A stretch of DNA of 64,000 nucleotides, taken from the NCBI RefSeq assembly GCF_006345805.1, contig NC_042999.1, positions 127,534,001-127,598,000 on the forward strand, in the 5' to 3' direction. A program made the position numbers and the translations under genes. Below the pieces are notes generated by a model. That model searched no databases. It saw nothing but the letters and a program-made list of their open reading frames with translations, and had not been told where the DNA came from. The DNA is from Octopus sinensis (taxonomy: Eukaryota). Positions 1 to 19,378 of this stretch are shown one piece after another (position 1 is the first letter of the stretch; each line of letters opens with the position of its first letter).

Positions 1-1262
1 TTATAGAAACACACTCTCTAAAATAAATTTCTGTCTTGTATTTTAATGTTTTCTTTCTTATCACTCTCTTCCCTTCTTTTTCTCTAAAACCATCATTCCT
101 TGTTTCTTTCTCTTCTTTTTTATCCTTTCTCCTTTCTCTCCTTATTTCTCATTTTCTCCCTCCTTGCTTTTTTCATATTTGTTTGCTTATTTTTCTTTCT
201 CATCTCCTCTTCATCTATTTTGCCCCCCCCCCTCCCCAATCATCATTCTCCCATACTCACAGACAAACTGATATTATGCATTTTATTAAACTGCTCGTAC
301 AGGAGCAAATAAAAAAAAAATCAAAATCTAAATTAAACCCAACCAAATCGAACCGGAAGGTAAAATAAACCCTATACAAAAATAGAGTATATCTTTGCTA
401 ATAAAGACAGCTTTTGTTGTTTTTTAAATTTTTTATTATTTTTTTTTGATTTTGTGGAAAAATCACTTCTAGATAATATTGTGCATAAAGAGATAAAGAT
501 TGCCCAACATAGCTTCATGTAATCTCTTTGGAATTTCAAGCTTTAAAATCTGATAGCCATCTTAGTGTGGGGTTTGAAGATAACAAGCAAACCCTATAGA
601 GAAAAGAGTCTGACTGTGACTATTTTATCTTTCTGTAACAAAAGATGCTAGTTTTTCCCCTCCTCTTCTTTGCAATCTCTATAATTAGTGAGGCTGGGGA
701 ATGAAGTAGTACTTTTCTTTTTCGTAGTGTAGTATAAGCTAGGGAAGTAGAAGGTTTTTCCTTTCTTTCTTTCTTTCTTTCTATATATATTTATTTGTTT
801 GTTTATTTAGTTTTCTTTTGGCTAAGTATGTACCACAATTGAACTATTCTTTTTTTTTCATTTCTTTTCTTTGTTTTGTTTTGTTAAATAATTGGCTACC
901 TTGAAGTTAACAGTTGTTGTCTGCATTGTTTTAAATATGAATCTTACTTGGCAAATTGTTGTATTGTTGGCAAAGTCCTTGAGTTAAACAGTTGGAAACT
1001 TTGTTCTAGATATCTCTGCATAGCTTCTAAGTCAGTTGCTGTTGTATTTACTGAGTTACTACTTGTGTACATTGTATTAGATATCTACAACATATCTTAG
1101 AGTCAGTTGTTAGATTTCTAAACTGACTTACTGCTTTCTTTTTGTATAGATTGTAAAGCGGTGAATTGGTAGAATCAGAACATTGGATAAAATACTTTAA
1201 AAGTATTCATTCCAGCTCTCTGGGTTCATATCGCACTGATGTCCACTTGGATTTTGGAGCTG

Positions 1263-1265
<3 letters not shown>

Positions 1266-1327
<62 letters not shown>

Positions 1328-1390
1328 GCTCCTCTCTCACGCTCTCGCTCCTCTCTCACTCTCTCTCTCTCTCTCTCTCACTCTCTCTCA
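1266..1390. repeat. (CT)n microsatellite
   Basis: Seen directly. Confidence 0.97.
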
Positions 1391-2244
1391 CAGAAATTAG
1401 CTGTTGTCAAACCTTGAGTAGGATAAGCTCTTATAAGTTTAAAATGTCAAAGACAAACTTTAGGGCACACCAGCACCCATTCAACAGCATCAAGAGTTAA
1501 GGACTCAAAGGATGAATGAGGATATAATATATTGACTATCAAAATAGCTTAGTAAGTTGTGATAGTGATGCCTTCCTTTGCAAGGCCAGTTTTTATAGGG
1601 GAGTACTGTGATCAGTAAGTAATGACAATCATTTGTTTTTGATATATTTTAAGGAATAAAAAAGCACTCTACCTTAGCAGGATTTGACTAAAGATTTAAA
1701 AATAAAATAACAACAACAACAATAATAATAATAATAATGGACTTATTGTATACAGTGCTCAGATGCACTACAAGAGCACGTATTTTAAGGTATACAAGAT
1801 CAGTATTTTAAGGTAGTTAATCCATGTTTCTGCACATTCAAGTCAATATATTGTTGAGTTAGTTGTATGCAATATCACTACAGTATAAATATTTATTTTG
1901 TTTAGCTTCTAATTTTACACTACATAGTTGAGAAAGGTTTTTTTTTTAATCAACAGCATAGTAGATGCGTAAAGCACCATTTTGGTGGGGGCTGAGCAGT
2001 GCAAACTAACAAAACATTTGTCTGTTACATACAATCATGGTTCCCCATACTCCCTTTTAACAGATTCAACTTTTATTGAATTGAATCATTAAACATTTTG
2101 AATGTTTGTTAATGACAAAATTCCTGCATAAGATGTGATATGAACCAACAACTTTTTGACTGGGTGATCAGCATCCAAAGAACTTAGTTAACCTTGATTT
2201 TAAACATGGCTTAGAAACACATTATATTATTGTAGTTGCATGCA

Positions 2245-2310
<66 letters not shown>

Positions 2311-2499
2311 TACACACATACACACACACACACATATATATATACAAAATTTTTTTTTTCAGAATGAGATAAAAACCAAGGCTGTGAAGATTTTAGAACA
2401 TTTATAAACATGTCTTACAATGAAATATGATTATATATATATATATATAAATATATATATTCATACATACATACATACATACTTATATACATACATATT

Positions 2500-2786
2500 A
2501 CGTGCCGGTGGCACGTAAAAAGCACCATCTGATCGTGGCCGTTGCCAGCCTCACCTGGCCCCTGTGCCGGTTGCACGTAAAAAGCACCATCCGACCGTGG
2601 CCGTTTGCCAGCCTCGTCTGGCACGTAAAAAGCACCCACTACACTCACAGAGTGGTTGGCGTTAGGAAGGGCATCCAGCTGTAGAAACATTGCCAGATCA
2701 GACCGGGCCTGGTGCAGCCTTCTGGCTTCCCAGACCCCAGTTGAACCATCCAACCCATGGAAAGCGGACACTAAATGATGATGATA
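2500..2786 (+). mobile_element. RTE 3'UTR-type short repeat with (GAT)n tail
   Basis: Matches 21300-21535: tggcacgtaaaaagcacccactacactc...ggcgttaggaagggcatccagctgtagaa...gatgatgat. Confidence 0.8.
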
Positions 2787-2844
2787 CATATATATATATA
2801 TTAATATCATATTCGATTGTAAATAGCAAATAACCCACCTTTAT

Positions 2845-7836
<4,992 letters not shown>

Positions 7837-7852
7837 AAAAAAAGCTTGTTTG

Positions 7853-9361
7853 TGTATGTATGTGTTCAGAGAGAAATAGTACTGCTCTTTGTGGGATTGC
7901 AGACAGCAGACAATATTCTGTGATCAGTAAGTGAAAGCACGCATTACATTGTGGGAATTGATCTATGGAGCTGAAGCTTAGAAGCTTTGCTGGTTGCTTT
8001 GTTGGAAGGAAATACACAGCAAGGAAAAGGTATTTCAGGGCAGCAGTTCTTTGAAAAAAAAATATATAAATAAAATAACATGTATATACTTGGTTGCTTA
8101 GTGTTAAGATGAGAAACACTGTGGTTGATGTTAGAGCAAGTTGTAAGAGTTCATTATAGTTGTAAAACAGAGGTAGGGAGAGAACTTAGTATAGCAATGG
8201 GTCTTTTATCTTTATTATTTTAGATAGCAGCAAAGCTTGGTGGTAGATACAAGTTACATTGTTATAACATGAGTCATATTCTTTGTATTAACTGTCTTCA
8301 GCACAATCATGTTGGAAAGGTATATTACTTAGTTAATAGTTGCTAACATAATTTTAAACATGAATCTAGTCTAGCTGGCAACTTGTTACGTTTTTGTCAG
8401 AGAAACTAATATCTCTAACCTGTTCTTGGATCTAAACAAGATTAAAGAAATTGAAGATTATTATAAAACCATGTTTCATTAATGAAAAGAAAGCTCGTCT
8501 TGATTACTTTCTTACTTGAGAAAGGAAATACCTTTCTCTCTAGCCAACCAACNNNNNNNNNNNNNNNNNNNNNNNNNNNNNNNNNNNNNNNNNNNNNNNN
8601 NNNNNNNNNNNNNNNNNNNNNNNNNNNNNNNNNNNNNNNNNNNNNNNNNNNNTGTATGTATGTGTTCCAGAGAGAAATAGTACTGCTCTTTGTGGGATTG
8701 CAGACAGCAGACAATATTCTGTGATCAGTAAGTTGAAATCAAGCATTACATTGTGGGAATTGATATATGGAGCTTGAAGCTTAGAAGCTTTGCTGGTTGC
8801 TTTTTTGGGAAGGAAATACACAGCAAGGAAAAGGTATTTCAGGGCAGCAGTTCTTTGAAAAAAAAAATATATAAATAAAATAACATGCTATATACTTGGT
8901 TGCTTAGTGTTAAGATGAGAAACACTGTGGTTGATGTTAGAGCAAGTTGTAAGAGTTCATTATAGTTGTAACAGAGGTAGGGAGAGAACTTAGTATAGCA
9001 ATGGGTCTTTTTATCTTTATTATTTTAGATAGCAGCAAAGCTTTGGTGGTAGATAAACTGTTACATTGTTATAAACATGAGTCATATTCTTTGTATTAAC
9101 TGTCTTCAGCACAATCATGTTGGAAAGGTATATTACTTAGTTAATAGTTGCTAACATAATTTTAAACATGAATCTAGTCTAGCTGGCAACTTGTTACGTT
9201 TTTGTCAGAGAAACTAATATCTCTAACCTGTTCTTGGATCTAAACAAGATTAAAGAAATTGAAGATTATTATAAAACCATGTTTCATTTAATGAAAGCAA
9301 AGCTCGTCTTGATTACTTTCTTACTTGAGAAAGGAAATACCTTTCTCTCTAGCCAACCAAC
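7853..9361 (+). repeat. ~700-bp direct duplication flanking the gap (7853-8552 and 8653-9361), probably an uncollapsed contig overlap
   Basis: Copy 1 ends exactly at the gap and copy 2 begins exactly after it; differences are mostly 1-2 bp indels. Confidence 0.9.
8553..8652. other. Assembly gap (100 N)
   Basis: Run of N. Confidence 1.
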
Positions 9362-11478
9362 TGGAAAGCATTTTAGTTGGTTTTTGTTATATAAAATATC
9401 AGACTTGGGGGGGGGGTGGGGTGAAGAACAAAAAGGCTTTTATCCTCACCATTTTAAAGTTGAGCTTCAAATAAGAAATTACTCTGTTCTTAGGCACAAT
9501 GTAGGTGTCTTGTAAAAAAAGTTTACTTCTCAACCACATGATCTCAGTGCATGGATGGTACCTTGGTTAAGTGTCTTCTACTTGTGAGTAGATTTTGTAG
9601 GTGGAAACTGAAAGAAGCCCATTGTATGTGTGTACTACTGTCTCATTGTCTTGACTTCATATGATAGTTGTAAATGAGTGTCACTATCATGCAGGTGATG
9701 TCTTTCGTTTCCAATATTCTGAGAAAACACATCAGGTCATAAGGAAATATTACTTTACTTAGAAACAGGTGAGGGCTCGTGACAAGAAGGGTATCTGTGT
9801 AGAAAGTCTGCTTCAATGAAATTTCATCCAACCCCTGCAAACACAGAAAAGTGGAAGATGATAGCTTAGTTATGTTTTGTTTTATTTAGATATTTTAACA
9901 TAGTTGAGCAAAAATAATCATTATAAATATTGAATAAATTTGAATGAAGTCACCAGAGAATTTTGCTTATTTCATTTCGATATTGTTATCCCTAATATTC
10001 AATATCCTGAGAGCTTAAAAGAAAAAGTATTGAAATATTTTGTAAATACTTCAATAATTTGTCTTAAATGTTCTATCAAAAAAAAAAAAATTATAGTTTT
10101 TATTTTACTATGTGTATGAGTGTCTTTTTATGTTTGTCTCACTCCAGCTTTTGTGTTATTATCTGTTCCATCTTTGTTTCATTGCTTCTCTCACACGTCA
10201 GCAATATACTATTGTTTTAAAAGTTATTGTGAAGCTGCAGTGTTTTTAAGGCTGGTTGAATGGGGCAAGAGGAAGATGGTAGTGGCGTTGGTGAATAGTT
10301 TTTCTTTCTCATTTTCCACTTTTTTTTTTTCCATTATTATCATATATTTCCTTATTTGTTTATTTTTCCTTTATTCCTATTTTTGAAATCCATCTTTCCT
10401 CTGCATTTGTATTTTTCTGCTGACAGAAACATTCTTGTTTTGATTCTCTGATTCAGAATACCAGAGATACCGGCTTATGTACAGATTGGATTTCTGCAAT
10501 ATGTTGCTATTGATTCTTAGATGTTGTTGTCTGCCACTAAGCTGTCCCTGCACCACCATACACAATGCCCCTTACCCTCCTTTTCCCTCCAGGTGCTGAC
10601 TGAACCACTTAGATATGTGAAATTATTAGTGTGTGTGTGTGTGTTTTGCTGTTGCTGTAGAACAGATTATGGATGTGTTTCATGGCGAAAAAATTGTTCT
10701 TGGGATATTTAAGTTATGTTCAGTTTTGTATTAAGGAATGCAGTCAACACACACATACACACACACACTCTCTCTCTCTTTCTTGAAAGAGAGAGAGATA
10801 AATATATGTAGATAGATAGAGAGACAACGAGACAGCATGGACAGCTTTCATCATAACTCTTTAATGAATGATATGTTTAAGAGATAAGCATAATTTGCCT
10901 TCTTTTAATAACTGGTGATCTACTTCAACAACTCAAAGCTTTAATAGATGTAAATTTATATTTGAAAATCATTAACGATTATAATTTTCTGTTCTATTAA
11001 TTTTATCCATTCAGTGTATATATACAATATTTATATCTATATTATCGATTTTAGTTTGTTTGATTCCTTCAGTGTCTGAATGTCATCAAGTGTCAAAAAT
11101 ATACACAATTCCAGACTGGATCCTGAGAAGAAACCTTTATTTTAAAATTTTATTTTAAGCCTGTGGCTTAGTGCACAGGGGAATTTAAATTTACTTCAGC
11201 TAGTTTAGAAATAAATGTTGCTAATTTGAATTGGGTCTAGGAATATGTATATCCAGGAATGAGTCACAACAGATGATGAAAAATTGCAATATGATGTAGA
11301 AATATATAATAATAAATATTGTAAATATACACTTTAAGGAGGAAATTAATGGTTACAGGATAATGAAATCTGAGTTATAACAACCCTTATTAAACATTTA
11401 GATATTTAAAAACAGTTTTGGGATATTTAAAAATGATTTAGCAAATTTGTTTTTCTCCTCCATTTTCTTCTATGTCAT

Positions 11479-11862
11479 CTCTTTTATCTTTTACTTGTCT
11501 CAGTCAGTATACAGAGGCCATACTTGGGCACCACACTTCAAGTATTTACTTGAACAAATTGACCTCAGAACCTATGTTCTTTTTTTCCTTTCTTTTTAAG
11601 ACTAGTACTTATTCTATCGTCTCTTTTGCTGGACACTTAAGTTACAGAGACATAAACAAACCAACACCAGTTCTCAAGTAGAGCTTCACACACACACAAT
11701 GGGCTTCTTCCAGTTTCTGTCTATCAAATCCACACACAAGGCCTTGGTTGGCCTGGGACTATAGTAGAAGACGCTAGCCCAAGGTGCCACACAGTAGGAC
11801 TGAGCCTGCAACCACATGGTTGCAAAGCAAGCATCTTTTCTTTACCATACAACTACACCTGC
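11479..11862 (-). mobile_element. tRNA-headed SINE, family A (internal CA/TA microsatellite)
   Basis: Matches the family consensus seen at 11900-12340, 20175-20561 and 35281-35863. Confidence 0.8.
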
Positions 11863-11899
11863 ATCATGGTAGAATTTTTTGTTGTTGCATTGTATATAT

Positions 11900-12121
11900 T
11901 CTTTTACTCTTTTACTTGTTTTAGTCATTTAACTGCGGCCATGCTGGAGCACTGCCTTTCGACACCGGGACTTATTCTTTGTAAGCCCAGTACTTATTCT
12001 ATTGGCCTCTTTTGCCGAACCGCTAAGTGACGGGGACGTAAACACACTAGCATCGGTTGTCAAGCAATGTTAGGGTGACAAACACAGACACACAAACATA
12101 CACACACACACACACACATAC

Positions 12122-12162
<41 letters not shown>

Positions 12163-12340
12163 TATACATATATATACACATATATATATATACAACAGGC
12201 TTCTTTCAGTTTCCATCTACCATTGGTCGGCCCGGGGTTATAGCAGAAGACACTTGCCCAAGATGCCATGCAGTGGGACTGAACCCGGAACCATGTGGTT
12301 GGTAAGCAAGCTACTTACCATATAGCCACTCCTGTGCCTA
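11900..12340 (-). mobile_element. SINE family A, well-preserved copy
   Basis: The reverse strand has box A-like ggctatatggtaag, box B-like ggttccgggttcagtccc, an internal (TA/TG)n and a ...aagtaaaaga tail. Confidence 0.88.
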
Positions 12341-13407
12341 TATATATATATAATATAATATATATATATATATATATATGTTTTTTCATTTGATAGTTAA
12401 ACAATTTAAATTTCATTTACGTTTTTGTTTATTAGCTACAATGCCAAATTCTCACTAATATGGCCAATCAGCACAATAAAACAATTGTCCCAAGTAGTCG
12501 GTGTAAAATATAGAAAAGTTTTTCTGTTATCTTGAGAATTTAGAATCCATTATCGAATCAATTGATCAGCTGTGTTCGTATTTGGTTCACGTCTGTTTTC
12601 CTCTTTCCATCTTTGCCTTCCTCCACTAACTATTCATTGATTTTTCAGTCACTTCAGTGCTTTGCTGCCAACTCACCTACCTCCTCACCCAGTATCTGGT
12701 GTGATGCAGCTTTATAAACTGCAGCAAGAATAGTTCAGTTCCTTGCTCAAGGATACATGCGATGCTGGTAATGAAATAAGAACCTATGACCCTTGAACAG
12801 CAAAAGGTCGATATCCTGTAGACTCTATCCCATATTCATCTCTCTAGATATGTTACTATGTAGCCACTCGCATAATGATTCAGGGGGGGTTTGATGATTT
12901 CTCTGTAACTTACTGGTTAGTGTACAATGCATACTACATACTGACATCAGCTGGTCATTAACATTGATATTGGTTTTCCTCACATGTAACATTCTCTGCA
13001 GCTTAACAAATAAATAAATAAATAATAAATAAATTTTTTTTTTTTTAAATGGTCAGATTGAACTGAAGATAAGATTTCTGCTAGGATTTCCATTGTCCTT
13101 AGAAATCTATTTTAAATCTTTGAGGCTATGTGGGTATAGGCATAAAACTATCAGCTATTGAAACATTGAGCTGAGGGAGCCTCTACATGGTTGCTCTACC
13201 TACCAGAAACAGCAGCTAAATCACCTTCAAATAGCTCCCCACTGTTTCAAAAATTAAAGGACACGTTGATTGTTATAGTCCTAGATACATTATGTCTGGT
13301 GGTGGTCATGACTAGAATGCTTGTGATCATGAACCACAATAACCTGAGTTCATATCCTACCACAATCACTTCATTTTTGTTTATTTAGCTCAACAAATTA
13401 AAGAATA

Positions 13408-13857
13408 CAGTAATCCCTCGGCTATTGCAGGTGTTATGTTCCAAAACTCCCCACGATAGGTGAAAATCAGTGAAGTAGAAACAGTACTGTACTGTATATT
13501 TTAAAATTATTTCTATGATTTGTATATATTTTATTATAAATGCAAAACACCACACACTCACCTCCCGAGTTTCATTTTCCATACAGTATGTGCAATTCTT
13601 TGTTTGCTCATCTGTGGTACACTATATATTTTCTTTTGATATATTTTTGTATTTCTATTTATTAATTTATAGGCATAAAAATGCTTATTTTGCCACAGAA
13701 ATAATTAAAATCTAAAAAAAATATAAATATCTATCGGCTGCAGAAACCCATGATATGCTGAAGAGTCTGCAATATAAATTTACATATATTAGGCAAAAAA
13801 ATCCACAATGTACTTGAGGGCGTGGTAGGTGAACTGCAATGTGGCAAGTGATTATTG
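13408..13857. mobile_element. Tigger/pogo-type non-autonomous element (MITE)
   Basis: TA-flanked imperfect TIRs: cagtaatccctcggctattgcag on the left; the right end reads caataatcacttgccacattgcag on the reverse strand. Confidence 0.6.
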
Positions 13858-14006
13858 TATATCCTTTCTGGGGAGAGTCATTTATGACATAGACTACCTG
13901 CCCATACAACTGGACTTTTGTCTCTTGCTTAACCTTAAGGAAATTTGAATAAAGTGTTAATATTCTGAACTTCTTCAAAACATTCTGTCATAAGAATCTT
14001 TCTATG

Positions 14007-14333
14007 TTTTACTTGTTTCAGTCATTAGACTACGGCCCAAGTACTTGTTTTTTTTTTAAAGCCTGGTAGTTATTCTGTCAGTTTCCCTTGCCAAACTGCT
14101 AAGTTATGTGAACATAAACACACCAGCATCAGTTGTCAAGCATGATGGTGGGGGACAAATACACATATACACATACAATAGGCTTCTTTCAGTTTCCATC
14201 TCCCAAATCCACTAACAAGGTTTTGGTCGACCCAAGGCTACAGTAGAAGACACCCAGGGTGCCATGCAGTGGGACTGAACCTGGAACCATGTGGTTGGGA
14301 TGCAAACTTCTTACCACACAGCCACATTTGCCC
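14007..14333 (-). mobile_element. SINE family A
   Basis: Family consensus match, CpG-decayed. Confidence 0.8.
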
Positions 14334-14697
14334 TATTTGTTTCCCTCACATGGCTACATTCTTTTATTTATTTGTTTCTCAAATCTTTCTTTGATAGTTT
14401 ATGTACCTACATGTTTTTGATTTCTAGATTACATCAGCCATCTGAGTTTACAATCTGTTGACAAGAGAGACCTTTAAAATTCTGTGTTGATTTGAGAGAC
14501 CTTATGAATCACAATGCCAAGGGTTCCTACATACTTATTGAACTGCTGCAACATGTTGCTTCTAGGCTATTGATTCTCACTTGTTTCACTATTTTACTGT
14601 CTTTGCAATGATAGATATATTTTTGAAGCACACTTGTCAGCCATTTGGCATTTTATGTGGTTTGTAGGAACATTTGTTTGTGTAGTTTATTTAATAT

Positions 14698-14914
14698 ATG
14701 GCATGGCTATATAGTTAAATAGTTTGCTTCCCAACCACATAGTTTCAGGTTCAGCCCCACTGCATGAAACCGTAAGCAAGTGTCTTCTATTGCCTCAGGC
14801 CATCCAAAGCCTTGTGAATGGATTTGGTTGGTGTCTGTGTGTGTTTGTGTCTACATGTTTTGACAACTTGTGGTAGTTGTTGATGAGTTTTTCACTGTCA
14901 TACAAGCAGTGTCG
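14698..14914 (+). mobile_element. SINE family A variant, interrupted by mariner
   Basis: Head ggcatggctatatagttaa...ggttcagccccactgc; ends at the TA of the mariner TIR. Confidence 0.65.
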
Positions 14915-14916
14915 TA

Positions 14917-15690
14917 TTGGGTTGGCAAGAAAATAATTTCGTTTTTCGCAAGTAGATAGAGTTACAATTTTTTTGAGTGACTTTTGTCAATGTTACAAGT
15001 TTTTTCCCTTTTGACATTTGATAGCCATTACTTTTAGCTTACTTTAGAAGCAAATTGCTCGTAATTTTATTTACAGTTGTTAGTTCAGTGTCAATTTTAA
15101 TATGGAGTGTAAAAACAAACATTTTCGCCATATTTTGCTTTTTTATTTCTATAATGGCAAGAAAGCTGCTGAGGCTCATAAAGAGATGTGAAGTTTATGG
15201 TGTTAATTGCTTGACAGAACATACATGTCAGAAATGGTTTAAGAAATTCCGTTCTGGAGATTTTTCACTCAATGATGACCAACGTTCTGGTCAACCTACT
15301 GATGACCAAATCAAAGCCATAATTGAATCTGATAGTCATATAACTGTGTGAGAAATTGCAGAGAGGTTATATGTGTCACAGACAACAATTGAAAATCACT
15401 TAAAATGTCTTGCACTTGTTAAGAAGCTCGATATTTGGGTTCCACATAAATTGAAAGAGATTCACTTAACACATCTCAAATGCAATAAAATTTACCTTTT
15501 TTTTAAAATGAATCATCACTGGTAATGGAAAGTAGATTGTCTACAATAACATCAATTGAAAACGATCATGGTCCAAGCGTAATGAACCAGCACAAACCAC
15601 ATCGAAAGCTGAATTGCATAAAAAAAAAAGGTCATGCTGTCAATTTGATGGGATTATAAAGGTGTTGTGTATTTTGAGTTGCTTTGATTA
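14917..15690 (+). mobile_element. mariner transposon relic, 3'-truncated, inserted into a SINE
   Basis: TA followed by left TIR ttgggttggcaagaaaataatttcg. Translates to WFKKFRSGDFSLNDDQRSGQP, DIWVPHKL and WDYKGVVYFELL. No right TIR found. Confidence 0.88.
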
Positions 15691-17749
15691 AGAAGGATTT
15701 ATGATGAAAGTTCCATCATCATCATCATCATCATCATCATATAACATCCACTTTTCCATGTTTGCATGGACTGTTCAAAAATTGTTGAGGTGGATTTTCA
15801 ATAGTTGGATGCCCTTCCTGTCACCTAGCAAGGTAATGTTCCTTGTGAAGGGACATGTTACAACTATCACATGTAGTCAAGGAGACTGTAACACACACAC
15901 ACACGCACACATACATATATACAACAGGCTTCTTTTAGATTTCAAATCCACTTCCAAGGTTTTGGTCATCCTGAAGGTATAATAGAAGACACTTGCCCAA
16001 GGTGCCACTCAGTAGGAGTGAATTCGAAGTTATACAAGTGAGAAGCAAACTTCTTAGCAGATAACCATGCTTATGCTTACTATTTCTTTGGGGAAAAAAG
16101 CAAAAAAACAAAAAAACAAAAAAACAAATGTAGTAGTTAAGGCTGAGAAAAGGAAGTTGTGTAAAAAAAAAAAAAAAAAGGAGAGAGGAATAGTTGGAGA
16201 GAAATATTTTGGTAGATATTTTCTGTCAAGATAATATGCATAAAAATGTGAATAATGATAGCATTATGATGCATGGCTTGAACTATAGTGACTATCCCCA
16301 CATTAATTTGTTTCAAAATTCTCTCAAATTTGACCAGCTATATTCAGAAACATCAATAAAATTGCAATTAAGTTTAATTTTCTTTGAATATGAAGATTAT
16401 GATCTTTGTTTTTTTTTCATATAAAGTCATAAAAATTTTGCTCCAAATTTGTTTGTTAATAAACATTAAAAAATGCTAAGAATTATCTAGAAAAATTTCT
16501 GAGAAATATCAACACCATTAAAATAAATTAGAACTGAAAAAAACTTAAGCTTAATGTTAGGAGGATCTCTTATTTAAGAAGTGTGTGTGTAACTAGGTAC
16601 ATTCTAGATCGCTTTAGTAACTCCTGATTCTCTTGATCTGTTAAAGTTGCTGTTTTAAGAACTTATTCCCTTATTATTTCCAACCATTTGTTTGCACATT
16701 CTCTGCATTATCCTACACTAAAAGGTTACTCGTACTATTGAAAAAAGAAAAAGCTGTACTGTTTCTTTGTCATCGGTATGTTGCCAGATTATAACTTGGC
16801 AGTGGGGTGGAAAGAATTGGCAGGAAGCTCAGGCAGATTTATTGCTCTACTACCACACTTTATTGCTGATAAATATGTATGTATGTGTTATGCATAGAAA
16901 CACAATAAACCAGCCTAGCTTCACGTGGAATTTACAATTGGTAGTGAAGTTTGGGATAAGTTTCAGAAATTGGATAAGTTGACAGCCTAATCAAAACTAC
17001 AAATGCTTCATATCTTGTCAAAATAAATTTTACTTATTTCATTTTCCTTCTTTTAATATACCTTCTAGTTTTTACAATAACAGAATCTTACATCTCATAC
17101 TGTGCAACAAGACAATCTCTGTATGGTTACTTGACCTGTAGAAATAGCTAAATCTTGCTCAAATTGCAGTCTACTGTTTTAAAAAATGGAAAAGCATCTG
17201 TCGATGAAATACATTATTTTGGGGAGAAAAAAAAGACAGAAAATAAAAAGGGATAGTCACAGCTCTGCTTATTCAAGATTAAACAACAGCAAATTAATTT
17301 ATGTTGCTCTGTTAACTTTCATCAAATTGCCAATGTTTTCCTTTTTGTTATAAAACCAAAAGTTTGGTGGTTTATTCCTTTTACTGCTTTCTGACATTGG
17401 ACTGTGAACTTGCTGGGACAATCCTTCAAGGCTTTTTTTAGTAGATCATAGCACCCCCCATACTTATTTCAGTTGCATTATCTCATAGCTTTGAGATTTC
17501 AATAATGCGGTTGTTTATTTTTAGAATGACATTGTAGAGTAGGTGTGAGAGGCCAAGTCTGGTCAGTTTGAACATAAACCAGGTAGAATATTCAGGCCAG
17601 ATTTGGCCAGTTTAAATGTTAAAGGGTTATTATATCTATCTATCTATCTATCTGTCTGTCTAGCTTTCTTTTACCATTTGTCTATGTTACCATTACCACA
17701 CAAATGTCTTGCTATTAATTAAGTTTGTTGTGTCAAACACATAAACATG

Positions 17750-17819
<70 letters not shown>

Positions 17820-18282
17820 TTCTGTCTACCAGATGACATTCACAACATATTGCTTGTCCTGAGTATTTTTCTTGTCCATTCCATTCAACCATTGTTAGTC
17901 TATTACTAGATGAAAGCTCAGCGTACCATTGCCCCTACTTACTTTTACTGATTGCAGGCCTATCTGTCCAAGCTGGTCAATTGTGGTTGAACAGAATGCT
18001 TCCTTGATCAGTGATCAATTAGCCCAGATAGTGAAAAAAATATATATCAATTAGCACCTTATAGTGAATATGATCAATTAGCACCTTATAGTGAAAAAAA
18101 TAAAATAAAATAAAAATGACCAATTAGACTTGGAGGTTTGATTTACCATACCATCTCTTGGATTTACCACAGCACCTCAGAAATTTCAAGTTCAAAACCT
18201 CTTAGAAATGTAACCCCTGAGCAATTGTGCTATCCAAGAAAAATTATTATATCCCATTCATTGAGTGCCATTTCTTTTAAAA

Positions 18283-18415
18283 CTGGTTCTCAACCAGTTC
18301 ATATGACCCCTGAGGGTCCATATATAATTCTTGGGGGTCGATGCAAACAAAATTATAAATTGGGGATCTATGGTAGCATTTTAAGGGCCTGTTAATGAAT
18401 GGTTGAGAACTACTG
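18283..18415. mobile_element. 133-bp hAT (Charlie/Buster-type) MITE
   Basis: TIRs ctggttctcaacc and ggttgagaactactg; 8-bp duplication TTTTAAAA at 18275-18282 and 18416-18423. Confidence 0.75.
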
Positions 18416-19330
18416 TTTTAAAACATCATTGGTGTTACTGGGGGTACGTTTGTATTGTCTTAGAGTCAATCATCTAGGGTCATAGGCTGGTGGAACTGTT
18501 TGAGTGTTGGGGAGAACTGCCTTGTGGTATCTGTTTGAGATCTTATGGATGCTGACAGTAATGGCTGTGACAACATTTGTGCGAGACTGCATTGGCCTAA
18601 ATTGGCAACCTTTCTCACAGTCAATCATCAGTGGTATGGAGATAGAGTGGGGAGGCTTGCATACACAGGCAGCTGCTAGTCTTCCTTGAAAAATCTTGCC
18701 CAGGCTTGTACATACATGTGCAGAGGAATCGTCAGTTTTGACTGATGAAGGCGCTAGATCATCATCACCAGCAGTAGCTTTCCTTTCCTGCCATACAAGC
18801 ATTAGGTTAGATGGGCTCAAAATACATCTCTCTTGAGTCTCAGGCATACATCATCTTCATCATGATACTCTAATATCATTGAAGATTACTATCTTTCTTT
18901 CAACTAGTATGATAGATTACAATTCATTTATTTATTTTGTGTGTTTTCTTTTGTTGTTGTTGTTGTTGTTGCTTGTTTTGCTTCCTTATTTTCCTCCCAT
19001 GTTCTGTATTTGTTTCTTTGTATTGCAAATCTAGTTAGTTTATTATACAAAGTGCAGCAGTACAGACCTCCTTAATCAGAAGTGCTGTTTATATTGTTTA
19101 CTGGAGAGGAGTTGAGCAGGTGGGGTTGGCGACGTCAAACAACAACAGCAACAAAAAAAAAAATGTAAAAATAAATCAATATAAAAAAATATACAGACAT
19201 AAACAGATTTGATAAAATGGAAAAAAGAACAACAACAAAAAACTAATGAAGAAGGGTCAAGTTTTGTGATGTGATATTGATTTATTTCATTGATAACTGA
19301 TTTCTGTCAATTGTTGTTGTTGTGATGGGG

Positions 19331-19378
<48 letters not shown>

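Noticed and set aside
290-365. Possible first non-coding exon or promoter (ccggaag|gtaaaa) and an acceptor at about 1149
   Set aside because: Plausible, but short motifs alone cannot support a feature without transcript data.
18470-18847. 125-aa minus-strand ORF
   Set aside because: No recognisable domain or splice context; probably a decayed repeat.
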